DNA from: Gemmatimonadales bacterium
GTDB taxonomy: Bacteria; Gemmatimonadota; Gemmatimonadetes; Gemmatimonadales; GWC2-71-9
Length of the DNA stretch: 64,000 nt
Assembly (NCBI GenBank): GCA_037189525.1
Contig: JBBCJC010000011.1
Location: 1 to 64,000, forward strand
Direction: 5' to 3'
The notes beneath the pieces were generated by a model, which searched no databases, was not told where the DNA came from, and saw only the letters and a list, made by a program, of their open reading frames with translations. This document shows positions 21,055 to 30,849 of the stretch, piece by piece. Both the position numbers and the translations under genes were made by a program. Position 1 is the first letter of the stretch; every line of letters starts with the position of its first letter.

Positions 21055-22530
21055 ATGTCTTCGATCCTCGCCCTCGATCAGGGCACCACCAGTTCGCGCG
21101 CCATGGTCATCCACCAGGATGGCACGGTGCTCGGTCAGGCCCAGTACGAGTTCGCGCAGCATTTTCCGGAGCCCGGTTGGGTCGAGCACGATCCGCGGGA
21201 TCTCTGGAACACCACGGTGCGGGCCGCGCGCGAAGCGATCCGCGCCGCGGGGGAGCGTCCGACCGGGATCGGGATTACCAATCAGCGGGAGACGACGGTC
21301 CTCTGGGACCGGCGGACGCTGGAACCGGTGGCGCCGGCCATCGTCTGGCAGGACCGGCGGACCAGCGCGCGCTGTGCGGAGCTGGCGGCTGCCGGTCGTG
21401 AGCCCGATCTCCGGAATCGGACGGGGCTGGTGCTCGATCCGTACTTCTCCGCCACCAAGCTGGAGTGGCTCCTTGCCCAGGGCGATTTGCGGCAGCGCGC
21501 CGAACGGGGGGAACTGGCATTCGGCACGGTGGACAGCTGGTTGATGGCCAAGCTGACGGGTGGCGCGCTGCACGCGACCGATCCGACCAACGCGAGCCGC
21601 ACACTGCTGTTCAACCTGCGGCGCCACGACTGGGACCCGGAATTGCTCGACTTGTTCGGGGTGCCGGTATCGCTGCTGCCCGAAGTCAGGCCGTCGAGCG
21701 GCGTGATGGGCGAGACCCTGTCCGAAATTTTCGGAGCGCCACTCCCGATTGCCGGTGTCGCCGGCGACCAGCAGGCCGCGCTCTTCGGGCAGGGCTGTGT
21801 CGCGCCGGGTATGGCGAAGAACACCTACGGCACCGGCGCGTTCCTGCTGCTCTATGCAGGTAGCGAAGCGCCGATTCCTCCGGCGGGGCTCCTGGCCACC
21901 GCCGCCTGCAATGCGGAAGGAGGGCTCGGCTATGCGTTGGAGGGCAGCGTCTTCATTGCGGGCGCGGTGATCCAGTGGCTCCGCGACGGTCTCGGCGTGC
22001 TGGCCACGGCGCGCGAATCTGCGGACCTGGCGTCGTCGGTGGTCGATACGGGAGGCGTCTACTTCGTGCCGGCGTTCGTGGGGCTGGGGTCGCCCTACTG
22101 GGAACCGGAGGCGCGTGGCATCATCACCGGTCTGACGCGGGCGACCGGGCGGGCTCACCTGGTGCGCGCGGCGCTCGAATCCATGGCTTACTCCACCCGC
22201 GACCTGCTGCGCACCATGCTCGAGGGGACTCGGCTCGAAATTCCGGTGCTTCGGGTCGACGGCGGGGCCGCGGCCAACCCGCGCCTGATGCAGTTCCAGG
22301 CCGATCTGCTCGATGTGCCGGTCGAGCGCCCCGACTGCGTCGAAACGACCGCGCTTGGTGCGGCGGCGTTGGCGGGAATTGCTATCGGCGTCTGGCCTTC
22401 GATCGGTGAGTTCGTCGCAAGCCGCCGTTTCGAAACCTTCCACCCGGCCGCCGACGCCGCCAGCCGCGAATGCTGGATTGCCGGGTGGGAACGGGCCGTT
22501 TCGACGGCGCTCCATTGGGCCCGCGCCTGA
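21055..22530 (+). CDS. glpK: Glycerol kinase
   Basis: DQGTTSSR, GITNQRET, IVWQDRR, YFSATK, GDQQAAL, KNTYGTG, VDGG. Confidence 0.96.
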   Translation: MSSILALDQGTTSSRAMVIHQDGTVLGQAQYEFAQHFPEPGWVEHDPRDLWNTTVRAAREAIRAAGERPTGIGITNQRETTVLWDRRTLEPVAPAIVWQDRRTSARCAELAAAGREPDLRNRTGLVLDPYFSATKLEWLLAQGDLRQRAERGELAFGTVDSWLMAKLTGGALHATDPTNASRTLLFNLRRHDWDPELLDLFGVPVSLLPEVRPSSGVMGETLSEIFGAPLPIAGVAGDQQAALFGQGCVAPGMAKNTYGTGAFLLLYAGSEAPIPPAGLLATAACNAEGGLGYALEGSVFIAGAVIQWLRDGLGVLATARESADLASSVVDTGGVYFVPAFVGLGSPYWEPEARGIITGLTRATGRAHLVRAALESMAYSTRDLLRTMLEGTRLEIPVLRVDGGAAANPRLMQFQADLLDVPVERPDCVETTALGAAALAGIAIGVWPSIGEFVASRRFETFHPAADAASRECWIAGWERAVSTALHWARA

Positions 22531-22537
22531 TCCGTAG

Positions 22538-23983
22538 CTAGGGAGATCGGGGAATGGCCGCGCCGTGGCAGGCGGCGCACATCTCCGGGTTGCGGCGGCG
22601 GAGGCGTTCGGCGTCGAAACCGGGGCCGTGCGGGTTGAACCGGAAGCCGCGCCCGATGGCCGCGTGGCAGGCGGTGCAGTCGCGCTCGGTGTGACAGGAA
22701 ACGCACGATTCGAGCGATTGCCGGGCCGCCTGGCCATGGCCCAGGATGAACGAGGCCCTGCCGTCGTGGAAACGGGCGCTGCCGAGCGAGCGGCTGGCGC
22801 CGAGTCCGGCCTGGGCGTGGCAACTGGCGCAGAACTGCTGGGTGTTGTGGCAGTCGCTGCAACTGGTCTGCCGGGCAAACGCGGCGCTCGGGTGGCTGGT
22901 CAGGAACCCGGCCGGATGGTAGTTGCCTCCGGACGGCTGCCCCGGATCGGGCCGGTGGCAGGCAAGGCAATCCTCGCGGACGTGACAACTGCTGCAACTC
23001 CGCGGCGCGGCCGTGGCGGTGCCCGCATGGTTCTCCCGGAACTCCACGGTGTGCGAGGCTGGCGGACGCCGGTCGAGCAGGGCGCCGGCGGCCCGGCCCG
23101 GCGCCGGCTGGTGCAATGCCGTTACCGCGCGGGGAGCCGGAGCGACGTGGCAGGCGGCGCAGCTGGGCTGGGCGTGGCACGTGGCGCAGCTGGCGGGATT
23201 GCGTTGGGCCTGGCGACCGTGCGCCGTCGCGAAGTTCCGGGCCGCGTGCGACGGCGGAGCGACGAATTCCGCGCGATGAACCAGCGACCGCTCGTCCGGC
23301 CTGAGCGCCTGGATCGCGGCGACCTCGGGGGCGTTGACGTGGCAGTTGAGGCAGAAATTCTGCGCATGGCAGGTCGCGCAGCTGGCGGAAACGGTCGGCT
23401 GCCCGCCCGGGGTTCTCACCGAAGCGAGCTTGGCATGACCGCTGAGCCCGAACTCGGGGGCCTGGTGAGAGGGCGGAGCGGGAAACCCGCGGATCTGGCC
23501 CGCCGGGAGCGCGACGGCCTCCGCCAGAGGAAGGTGACAAGTGGCGCACTGCTGATTGACCACGGTGAGATGCTCGGCGCCGGGCTGATGGCAGTCGATG
23601 CATTGAGTCACCACGTTGCGGTGGACCTCGCTCCGCAGGCCGTCAGTGGTGTGGCACTGGGCGCAGCCGACCGAGTCGGCGGTGGCGCTCGAGTGCCGGT
23701 CGTGCGCAAAGCGCAGGTTGGACGGAGGCGGTGCCAGAGGGGCCGTCCAGCTGACCACCGGCGCGACTTCGCCGTCATGGCATGCTGCGCACTTATCGCG
23801 GTCGGGCCAGACGGCAGCGCCGAGCTCCGCGGCGCCGGCATGACAGGTCGTGCAGGCCAGCGGAAACAGCTTGCCGTGGACCGCGTGGTCGAAGCCCCGC
23901 CGGGACGAGGCGGCCCGGACGGCTGCCGCGGCAAGGATCAGCGCCAGGCCGGCGGCCACCAGTCGAAAGGTGCGCGCTCTCAT
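22538..23983 (-). CDS. Periplasmic 16-heme cytochrome c
   Basis: Signal peptide MRARTFRLVAAGLALILAAAAVRA; 16 CXXCH counted, many as tight pairs. Confidence 0.92.
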   Translation of the reverse strand: MRARTFRLVAAGLALILAAAAVRAASSRRGFDHAVHGKLFPLACTTCHAGAAELGAAVWPDRDKCAACHDGEVAPVVSWTAPLAPPPSNLRFAHDRHSSATADSVGCAQCHTTDGLRSEVHRNVVTQCIDCHQPGAEHLTVVNQQCATCHLPLAEAVALPAGQIRGFPAPPSHQAPEFGLSGHAKLASVRTPGGQPTVSASCATCHAQNFCLNCHVNAPEVAAIQALRPDERSLVHRAEFVAPPSHAARNFATAHGRQAQRNPASCATCHAQPSCAACHVAPAPRAVTALHQPAPGRAAGALLDRRPPASHTVEFRENHAGTATAAPRSCSSCHVREDCLACHRPDPGQPSGGNYHPAGFLTSHPSAAFARQTSCSDCHNTQQFCASCHAQAGLGASRSLGSARFHDGRASFILGHGQAARQSLESCVSCHTERDCTACHAAIGRGFRFNPHGPGFDAERLRRRNPEMCAACHGAAIPRSP

Positions 23984-24008
23984 CGGCGCCGCTCGCTCGG
24001 CAGGAGGA

Positions 24009-25502
24009 TCATCGGCGCTCTCCGCGAGGTACTGCGTGAGGCAGGGGGAGCCGATCGGCATTGGAGCCGAAAAGAACCGTCACCCGGGCCGACACGCGGA
24101 GCTGATCCCAGTCGAGCGCGCGCGCGTCGAGCCGTTGCCGCTGTTCGTTGTATCGGGCGGTGGTGATCCCCACCCGCCATCGGTCATTGGGCCGGTACTC
24201 CGCATCCGCGCCGAATCCCAGAAGCTCGGCGTCGTCATAGCGTAGTTCCAGCGGGCGCTTGCTGCGGGTGCCGTGCGCACTGAGCCAGAGCCGGTCGGTC
24301 GCGACCCAGGTGACCCGGCCGTCGAACCCCCGCGACGCTGCCCCCGGCCCGAACTCGGCCCGATAGCCTGCATCGACCGTCCAGCGGTCGGCGGGGCTCC
24401 AGGTCACGCCCGACTCGAATCGCCAGCCGCGATCCTCTACCGTAATACCAGGGGTGAAGGTTTCCGTGTCGTCGAAGCGGAATCGCTCGCCGCGGGCCCG
24501 AAGCGTCACCCGAGCCGTGGGACGGACCGTGCCGGACAGGTGCCAGGCGTGATGAGCCACGGGGCTGAAGGCGCCCCAGATGGTCCACAGGTCGAAGAAC
24601 GGCCGGTAGCGGCGGACTCCGCCGCTCACGCTGAAGCGCGGGTCGATCCAGCTGACCGTCGCGTCGGCGCTGCCTACCTGGCCAAAGGCGAGATCGTATT
24701 CGCCACCCGTCGTGAGGCTGACGCGGCGGTGGGGCCGAATGGCGATGGCGGCGGCGGCCCGCTCGGACACGAAGTAGTCGACGGCGGGATCCAACTCCCT
24801 CCGGTACTCGACTCGCGCATTGGCCACGGCGTGGGTCCAGCCCAGCTCGAGGCCCGCAACTACCTGTCGGTCGCGGGGTTGAAAGTCGTCGAGCGGATTG
24901 AGGGCCGGATCGGTTACCGGAAGCATGGCGCCCCGCGCCAGGCCCCACCCCGCGTATCCTCCCGCTTCGAGGCCGGAACCCCGATGCCGGACGAGCACGC
25001 GGCCTCCGTCGAGCCCATAGGCTCCCAGTCGCCCTAACAGCAATTGACGTCCCGCCCGGGCGATCAGCTGGTTCCGTTGGTATTCGAGATATCCCTCGAC
25101 CAGCTGAAGGGCGGGTTCGGTGCCGGGCCAGCTGGCCTCGCCCAGGTCGGTGGCCGAGCGGACGTTGGCGCGGGCGGTCAGTCCGGCCACACCGAAGCCC
25201 CAGACGGTCAGGTCGGCCTGGGTCACCCAGGGCATTCCGCGCAACTCGGCGCCAGGTGCGAAGTAGGAGCAGGTCTGCTCGCCGCACAGCGCGGCGTAGC
25301 CATCCGGCGTGAGGAATCCGCCCCCCGTCTGCGGAATGGCTTGGGCGCGCGGGAGGGTGCCGGCCAGAACCCCGCGCCAGGCCACGCTCTGCAGCCGGCT
25401 GTCGAGCCTGACGCGATACCCCTGCGCGGCGGCGGTCGTGGCCGTAGCAGTCGAGAGGCCCAGCGCAGCAAGCACAATCAGGCCGAGACGTGGGACGATC
25501 AT
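24009..25502 (-). CDS. Predicted outer-membrane beta-barrel (porin) of a porin-cytochrome cluster
   Basis: Signal peptide; alternating aromatic/Gly beta-strand pattern (LVEGYLEY, ARAGRQ, GLDGG, LRVSARVTVLF); ATGA-coupled to a cytochrome gene. Confidence 0.8.
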   Translation of the reverse strand: MIVPRLGLIVLAALGLSTATATTAAAQGYRVRLDSRLQSVAWRGVLAGTLPRAQAIPQTGGGFLTPDGYAALCGEQTCSYFAPGAELRGMPWVTQADLTVWGFGVAGLTARANVRSATDLGEASWPGTEPALQLVEGYLEYQRNQLIARAGRQLLLGRLGAYGLDGGRVLVRHRGSGLEAGGYAGWGLARGAMLPVTDPALNPLDDFQPRDRQVVAGLELGWTHAVANARVEYRRELDPAVDYFVSERAAAAIAIRPHRRVSLTTGGEYDLAFGQVGSADATVSWIDPRFSVSGGVRRYRPFFDLWTIWGAFSPVAHHAWHLSGTVRPTARVTLRARGERFRFDDTETFTPGITVEDRGWRFESGVTWSPADRWTVDAGYRAEFGPGAASRGFDGRVTWVATDRLWLSAHGTRSKRPLELRYDDAELLGFGADAEYRPNDRWRVGITTARYNEQRQRLDARALDWDQLRVSARVTVLFGSNADRLPLPHAVPRGERR

Positions 25503-27553
25503 GAGCGCCCCGGTCCGGTCAGCCGGCGCCGCAGTTCGGCCGGCGACTCGAGGAAATGGCAGGTGGCGCACTCGCGGCTCGGATAATGATCCTTCGCTTG
25601 CTCGGCATGGCAGGTCGCGCAGAACAACCGGTCGGGAGTAAACCGGGCCACGGTCGACGCGGTGTGACAGGCATCGCAGCGCTGGTGCGACGCCGCGAGG
25701 TCGTCCGCGTGCGCGGTGCGGATCTCGGGGCCGGTGTGACAGGCAGCACAGCTTCGGCCCGCGGCGTGGTGATCGCTATGACAATCGGCGCAGCGGCGGA
25801 CGCCTTCCGCCGGCGCCAGCGACACCGGCTGGGTATGGCAGGTGACGCAACGGAGTTCGGTGTGTGTCTGGTGCGCAAAACCGACGCTCCTGACCCGTGG
25901 CTCCCGGTCCTTGACCCCGATCGGTACCGCCAGCGCGCGGATCGCCGCCAGGTCGCCGGGGCGGTGGCACGCGGCGCAGTTGCTCGATCGTGGCGCCTGA
26001 TGGTGACAGATCTGACATCCTCGCGGCGGGACGAAGGTCAGTGTTGCAGAACTCGCTCCGGTGGTATGACAGGTGATGCAGGCAAGGCGGGTATGTCGGG
26101 CATGGGGAAAGGAGTCGACGGACGCAATCGATGGTTCGGCTGCTGCCGTTGGCGGGTCCGGCGCCGGGAGTTCCGGCGGCGGGGTGTCTCCTTTCCCGGG
26201 AAGCTCGATCTCTGCGGCTGGAGCAGGCGCCGCGGCCGGCCGCGGCGGCCAGGCTACGGGACCGGGCGGTCGTGCTCCGTCGAAGTGCCCGACACTCGGT
26301 GGAACCGGTTGCTCGGGATCACGTGCCGAAGTCCGCAGCGCCCGCGTGGTGTCGAACGGCAGGGGCGGACGGAGACGGAGGGTGCCGAAGCGCGCGGTCA
26401 CGCTGGTATGGCATGCCACGCAATCGCTGGCGTCGACCCGCGCGGCGTGCTGATTGTGGCAGACCAGGCACTGCTGGCCAACCTGACCGTGAGCCCGCCC
26501 GGTATGGAACGGTACGGTCTGCCAATCCGCATGGCACTGACTGCAGGTCTTGCCTGCCTCGGCCGGGGTGGTCTGGGTGTGCGGGTTGTGGCAGGTCCCG
26601 CAGGTGCCGTTGTGCGGATCGCGCGCGGGGTCGAAGTCTCCGGCGACCTGTCGCATCGCGTGACAGGAGAAACACTGCCGGCTGCCGGGCTGCATCGCGT
26701 CGGCCGCGTCCTCGCGCGTGGCCAGCCGCGGCACCTCGGCGGTGAACTGGTGGCACTGGTTGCAGTGCAGCGTGGACTGGGTGGCCATCCGGCCCAGCTT
26801 GATGTCGAGATTGGCGTGGCAGCCCGCGCTGCCGCAGGTCTCGTTGGCTGGGATGAACGCGTGCACTTCCTTCCCATGGCAGGTCACGCAGAGCACCTTT
26901 TCGAGCGCGCTCGAATCCGATTCCAGATGGACCCGATGCCCCGCGGTCTGCGCGATCCGGGTCCAGGCTTCGGACTGATCCTTGGCATGGCACGATTCGC
27001 AGCGCGCGTTAGGCACCGGCGCGTGGGGCGGGATTTCCACCGGCTTGTTGGCCACCCAGAGCACCAGCTGGCGGGTGCTGGCGTAGAGCGATTGCTGATG
27101 GCAGTCGTGACACTGCAGAGCGCTGTGCTTGCCCGCGTCGGATCCGAACTTGTTCCAGGGCCCTTCCATGATGTGGCAGCCGACGCAAAAGGCGTTGTCG
27201 TGCTGCATGAAGTTCCAACTGACCTGGCCGCCGCGGAACAGGAGCGCCAGCACCAATACGGCGCCCGTGCTCATGGCGATTTTGACCCCGCGGTCCCGGG
27301 TCGTGAGCCAGTGGCCGATGGCGCTGCGTCGTCGCCAGAGGAACAGCGCGAGCCAGATGCCGACCGTGAGGCCCACCACGATCCCAACCACCCACGCCCA
27401 GGTCGGCGCGTTGAAAATGGCGCGGAGCACGGTCATGACGCCGCCGGGGATCGGCGGAGGCTCCGCAGGAACGCCCTCGCGGAATCGGTGGAAACTGGCC
27501 GAGTCGGGAATCTGCGGAGCGAGCGCGGCCAGGCCCGGAAGGAAGAGTGCCAT
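25499..27553 (-). CDS. Membrane-anchored multiheme cytochrome c (19 CXXCH + 1 CX4CH) with NapC/NrfH-like N-terminal domain
   Basis: Two TM helices, then FCVGCHIM...H...CHDCH; a Pro/Ala-rich linker separates 11-heme and 9-heme blocks. An upstream start at 27673 is possible. Confidence 0.9.
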   Translation of the reverse strand: MALFLPGLAALAPQIPDSASFHRFREGVPAEPPPIPGGVMTVLRAIFNAPTWAWVVGIVVGLTVGIWLALFLWRRRSAIGHWLTTRDRGVKIAMSTGAVLVLALLFRGGQVSWNFMQHDNAFCVGCHIMEGPWNKFGSDAGKHSALQCHDCHQQSLYASTRQLVLWVANKPVEIPPHAPVPNARCESCHAKDQSEAWTRIAQTAGHRVHLESDSSALEKVLCVTCHGKEVHAFIPANETCGSAGCHANLDIKLGRMATQSTLHCNQCHQFTAEVPRLATREDAADAMQPGSRQCFSCHAMRQVAGDFDPARDPHNGTCGTCHNPHTQTTPAEAGKTCSQCHADWQTVPFHTGRAHGQVGQQCLVCHNQHAARVDASDCVACHTSVTARFGTLRLRPPLPFDTTRALRTSARDPEQPVPPSVGHFDGARPPGPVAWPPRPAAAPAPAAEIELPGKGDTPPPELPAPDPPTAAAEPSIASVDSFPHARHTRLACITCHTTGASSATLTFVPPRGCQICHHQAPRSSNCAACHRPGDLAAIRALAVPIGVKDREPRVRSVGFAHQTHTELRCVTCHTQPVSLAPAEGVRRCADCHSDHHAAGRSCAACHTGPEIRTAHADDLAASHQRCDACHTASTVARFTPDRLFCATCHAEQAKDHYPSRECATCHFLESPAELRRRLTGPGRS

Positions 27554-27676
27554 GGTCAGGCGCTTTCCGCGCGGATCGTGATTCGGATTACGGGGCCGTG
27601 GGTCGGGCGCCTGTCCGGACGGAACGACCGACGCCCCGCGGCCGGAAGGGACCGCGGGGTCGTGGATTGGCACCGG

Positions 27677-29242
27677 TTACCGGGAGGCGCCGGCGACCGT
27701 GATCTCATGCCCAGGTATCGGCGTACTCGAGCGCCGGAGGCCGTGCGCGTATTTCCCGCCCGTCGGACCGTCCAGAATGGCCTGGATCGCGGCCGACGGG
27801 GCCGGAAGCGCGTAGGTCGCCTGCACCTCGTTGATCGAAGCAATCAGCAGCGCTTCGCAGAGGAACGGGTTGTGGATGCCCTTCGAATTGTCGGCCGTCG
27901 ACTGGCCGTACTCGCCGCACATCCGGGCGTTGAACTCGGCGCCTTCGGCCGGGGTGATCTGATTGTCCGTCGTGCTCCACGCCTGCGGGTAGAGCTGCCG
28001 CACTCTGGGCAGCAAGCCGGCGTCGGTCGGGGCCGCCTGCATCGAACCGTTGCCGTCGGTGTCGGTCCAGAGCTGGTTGGTGAGCAGCCGCATCCGGGAC
28101 CGGACGGTGGTGAATGCCGCAGCCGCCACCGATGCGTTGGCGTGGCAACCCGAGGCGGTGCAGGTGGCCCAGGAACGCGCGGTCGGGGTGTAGCCGCAGT
28201 TGTCGCTGGCGGTCGGGCGACCCTGCTCGTCGAGGCAGGGGATCGGCCGCATCAGATGGCCGGTGGCCTGGAAGGCCTGGCCGCCCTGCTGGTCGGGCGC
28301 GGTGACGCGGTTCAGGTGGCATCCGGCGCAGAGCGTCGGGTTCGCCTCGGTGGCGTGCGAACTGAAAATCCGATCCTCGGCATAGATGAAGCCAGCCGGC
28401 CGATAGCCCGCGGTGCCGAGCAGGAGCGAACCCTGCGGAGCATGGGGCGACGAACTGGTGTTGGTCGGCGCGTCGTAGCGGAGGTGGCATTTCATGCAGA
28501 GGTTCTGTTCCACGTCCGCCGTGTTGATCGGGAAGCGAAGTTGGGACGGATTCTCCGAGCCGTGCGGATCGTGGCAGGTCGCGCAGACGGCGACCGGCTG
28601 ATACGCCGTGGCTTCGCCCTTCTCCATGTAGTTGTTGGTGACGCCCCAGCGGGCCAGCGCCTGCCGGCTCTCGTGACATCCGGCGCAGGACGCGTTGGCG
28701 GTGCGGGACGGGTTCACCACCGCGTGCTGGGACTGGCGCCACTCCTCGACGTAGGGATGGTGGGTGTCGCTGTGACACTCTGCGCAGGTACCGTTGCCCG
28801 TCATTCCGATGCGGGCGAGCGGGCGCACGACCTGTCCCTGGCCGATACCGCGGACGTGGTCGAGTCCGGGTCCGTGGCAGCTTTCACACTGGACATCGTG
28901 GTAAACGGCATCGCGGGTGGTGTTGAAGCCGGCCGCTTCGCTCACCATGTTGCCGCGCTCGGTGACCGCATGGCAACTGGCGCATTGATTCGGCGCGGTC
29001 GACGGCAGGTCCGCAAAGGTGGTGGCATGCGCCGTCGTCCGCCAGCGGCTCTGCACGTCGGCGTGGCAATTACCGCAGGTGGTCTGTTTGTTTTCCGCAG
29101 AGTAGTAGCCCAGGAAGCCGAGTGCGGCTGCGGGCGGTTCATTGAAGGGATCGCGATCGCGATAGACGACTTTGTCCGCTGCGCAGCCTGCGAGCAGGGC
29201 AGCGAGCGGAAGCGTCCGAAGTGCCAACGCAACGATGCGCAT
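27677..29242 (-). CDS. Multiheme cytochrome c lipoprotein (8 CXXCH + 1 CX4CH)
   Basis: Lipobox LLAGC; VQCESCHGPG, CATCHDPH, CTASGCH, C-terminal GIHNP helix. Confidence 0.92.
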   Translation of the reverse strand: MRIVALALRTLPLAALLAGCAADKVVYRDRDPFNEPPAAALGFLGYYSAENKQTTCGNCHADVQSRWRTTAHATTFADLPSTAPNQCASCHAVTERGNMVSEAAGFNTTRDAVYHDVQCESCHGPGLDHVRGIGQGQVVRPLARIGMTGNGTCAECHSDTHHPYVEEWRQSQHAVVNPSRTANASCAGCHESRQALARWGVTNNYMEKGEATAYQPVAVCATCHDPHGSENPSQLRFPINTADVEQNLCMKCHLRYDAPTNTSSSPHAPQGSLLLGTAGYRPAGFIYAEDRIFSSHATEANPTLCAGCHLNRVTAPDQQGGQAFQATGHLMRPIPCLDEQGRPTASDNCGYTPTARSWATCTASGCHANASVAAAAFTTVRSRMRLLTNQLWTDTDGNGSMQAAPTDAGLLPRVRQLYPQAWSTTDNQITPAEGAEFNARMCGEYGQSTADNSKGIHNPFLCEALLIASINEVQATYALPAPSAAIQAILDGPTGGKYAHGLRRSSTPIPGHEITVAGASR

Positions 29243-29573
29243 GGTTCGGGTTCCCGAGTGAGTACGGTGAAGCGGTTCGGACGATCGTCGCGTTCTGCTT
29301 ACCGTAGTTCTACTCTAGGAGCATCGAGCCCGCTACGCAATGGGGAAACGTTTCTATTTAATAGCAGTTGAGTCGCCTTTGTGACCATGCTGCGCGCTGC
29401 AGGAATTACGAGAGAAAAATTCAGAAATCCACTTCGTCGGATGCAGCGTATTCGTGACGCGGCAAGGCTGATCGACAGGTGCCGATCGTCGAGCGCCGCG
29501 CTAATTTTCTTTGGGTAACGGGTCGGTTATTGCGACCTCGTTGATCGGATTGCTTCAACGGAGTGTGAGCGCG

Positions 29574-30368
29574 ATGACATCGGTTCCTCCCGCATCGTGT
29601 CCTGCGTGCGGCCAACCCGTCGGCGGGCGGTTCTGCGGTTCCTGCGGCGCGGCCGTCACGTGCGGAGCTTGCGGCGCGGCGCTCGGTTCGGGCGTCCGAT
29701 TCTGTGGCAGTTGCGGAGCGGCGGCGGGCGCGATGGCTCCGGCGCGCGCGCGGGGGAGTTGGCGGACGGGTCCGGCGGTCTTCCCGCTCGCCCTTGCCGG
29801 CATCATGGTCGTCGTGGCTCTGGTCGTGTACCTGGTTCGCCGGGACCCGGCGTCGCCCGCCCTCGCTGGTGGAGTCATGGACTTTGCTCCCGGCAGTACC
29901 GAGCCGGCGCCCGCGCTGGACGGACTGTCCGGGCGTGACCGATTCGATACGCTGTACAATCGCGTCATGCGCGCGTCGGAGCGGGGCGACGGCGCCACGG
30001 TGAACCGCTTTGCCCCAGAGGCCCTGCAGGCCTATCGGGAGCTCGAGCAGCCCGACATCGATGCCCGGTACCATGCCGCGATGCTGCGGCTCCACACCGG
30101 TGACCCGGCCGGCGCATTGGCCCTGGCCGACACGATCGGCAGCTTGGAGTCCAGCCACCTCTTCGGTTTCGTGATCCGTGGCACCGTCGCCCGGTTCCGG
30201 GGTGACAGTACTCGGCTCTCGACCGAACAGGCCAGAGTGCTCCAGCATTATGACGCCGAGATGGCGGTGGGGCGGTACGAATACGCCCATCACAAGTTCA
30301 TTCTCGACCAGTTCATCGGGGAGGCGCGGCAGCGGGCGGCGGCGCCGGCCGAACAGCCGGGACGATAG
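29574..30368 (+). CDS. Double zinc-ribbon membrane protein with helical (TPR-like) C-terminal domain
   Basis: CPAC/CGSC/CGAC/CGSC, one TM, helical repeats. Confidence 0.75.
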   Translation: MTSVPPASCPACGQPVGGRFCGSCGAAVTCGACGAALGSGVRFCGSCGAAAGAMAPARARGSWRTGPAVFPLALAGIMVVVALVVYLVRRDPASPALAGGVMDFAPGSTEPAPALDGLSGRDRFDTLYNRVMRASERGDGATVNRFAPEALQAYRELEQPDIDARYHAAMLRLHTGDPAGALALADTIGSLESSHLFGFVIRGTVARFRGDSTRLSTEQARVLQHYDAEMAVGRYEYAHHKFILDQFIGEARQRAAAPAEQPGR

Positions 30369-30395
30369 GGCTATATTTGCGGGACGGAGGACGCT

Positions 30396-30821
30396 ATGAA
30401 GGCCGGAACCAAATTCATGCTGGGCGCGGCGATCATCGCCGGTGCGACGGCGCTTCTCATCTATACGGGGATCAGTCAGACCGGGGTCTATTTCCTGAGC
30501 CCGTCCGAGCTGCTCGCCAAGGTGGAGGCGGATGCCTCCTTCCACGAGGTGGGACTCAAGGTCGGGGCGAAGGTCGTACCCGGCTCGATCCGGCGCGACG
30601 ATGCCAGCCGGCGGATCGAGTTCAAGGTGGCCGACGCGGGCGGGACCTTTCCCGTCGTCTATGACGGCCTGGTCCCCGACACCTTCACCGACGAGAATGA
30701 CATCGAAGTCATCATGTCGGGCAAGCTCGACCGCAATGGGGTCTTCCAGGCCACCGAAGTGCTCGCGAAGTGCGGGTCCCGATACGAATCGGAGTACTCG
30801 AAACTGGCGCAGGCAAGCTGA
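30396..30821 (+). CDS. ccmE: Cytochrome c maturation heme chaperone CcmE, CxxxY variant
   Basis: N-terminal TM, YFLSPSE, YDGLVPDTF, VLAKCGSRY; GGAGG RBS. Confidence 0.92.
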   Translation: MKAGTKFMLGAAIIAGATALLIYTGISQTGVYFLSPSELLAKVEADASFHEVGLKVGAKVVPGSIRRDDASRRIEFKVADAGGTFPVVYDGLVPDTFTDENDIEVIMSGKLDRNGVFQATEVLAKCGSRYESEYSKLAQAS

Positions 30822-30849
30822 CTTCCGTGCCCCGGAGTAGGCGAAGCTC

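Noticed and set aside
21055..22530. Functional link of glpK to the cytochrome conduit
   Set aside because: Convergent orientation and no glpD or glpF; adjacency only
27677..29242. Calling the lipoprotein NrfA to make an NrfAH pair
   Set aside because: No CXXCK, 8-9 hemes rather than 5, and the operon includes a porin
25556..29371. 1271-aa plus-strand ORF
   Set aside because: Antisense shadow of the two cytochrome genes; no motifs
29243..29573. FNR/CRP/Rex box in the divergent cytochrome-ccm promoter
   Set aside because: Only half-sites (TTGAT, TGTGA) without properly spaced partners
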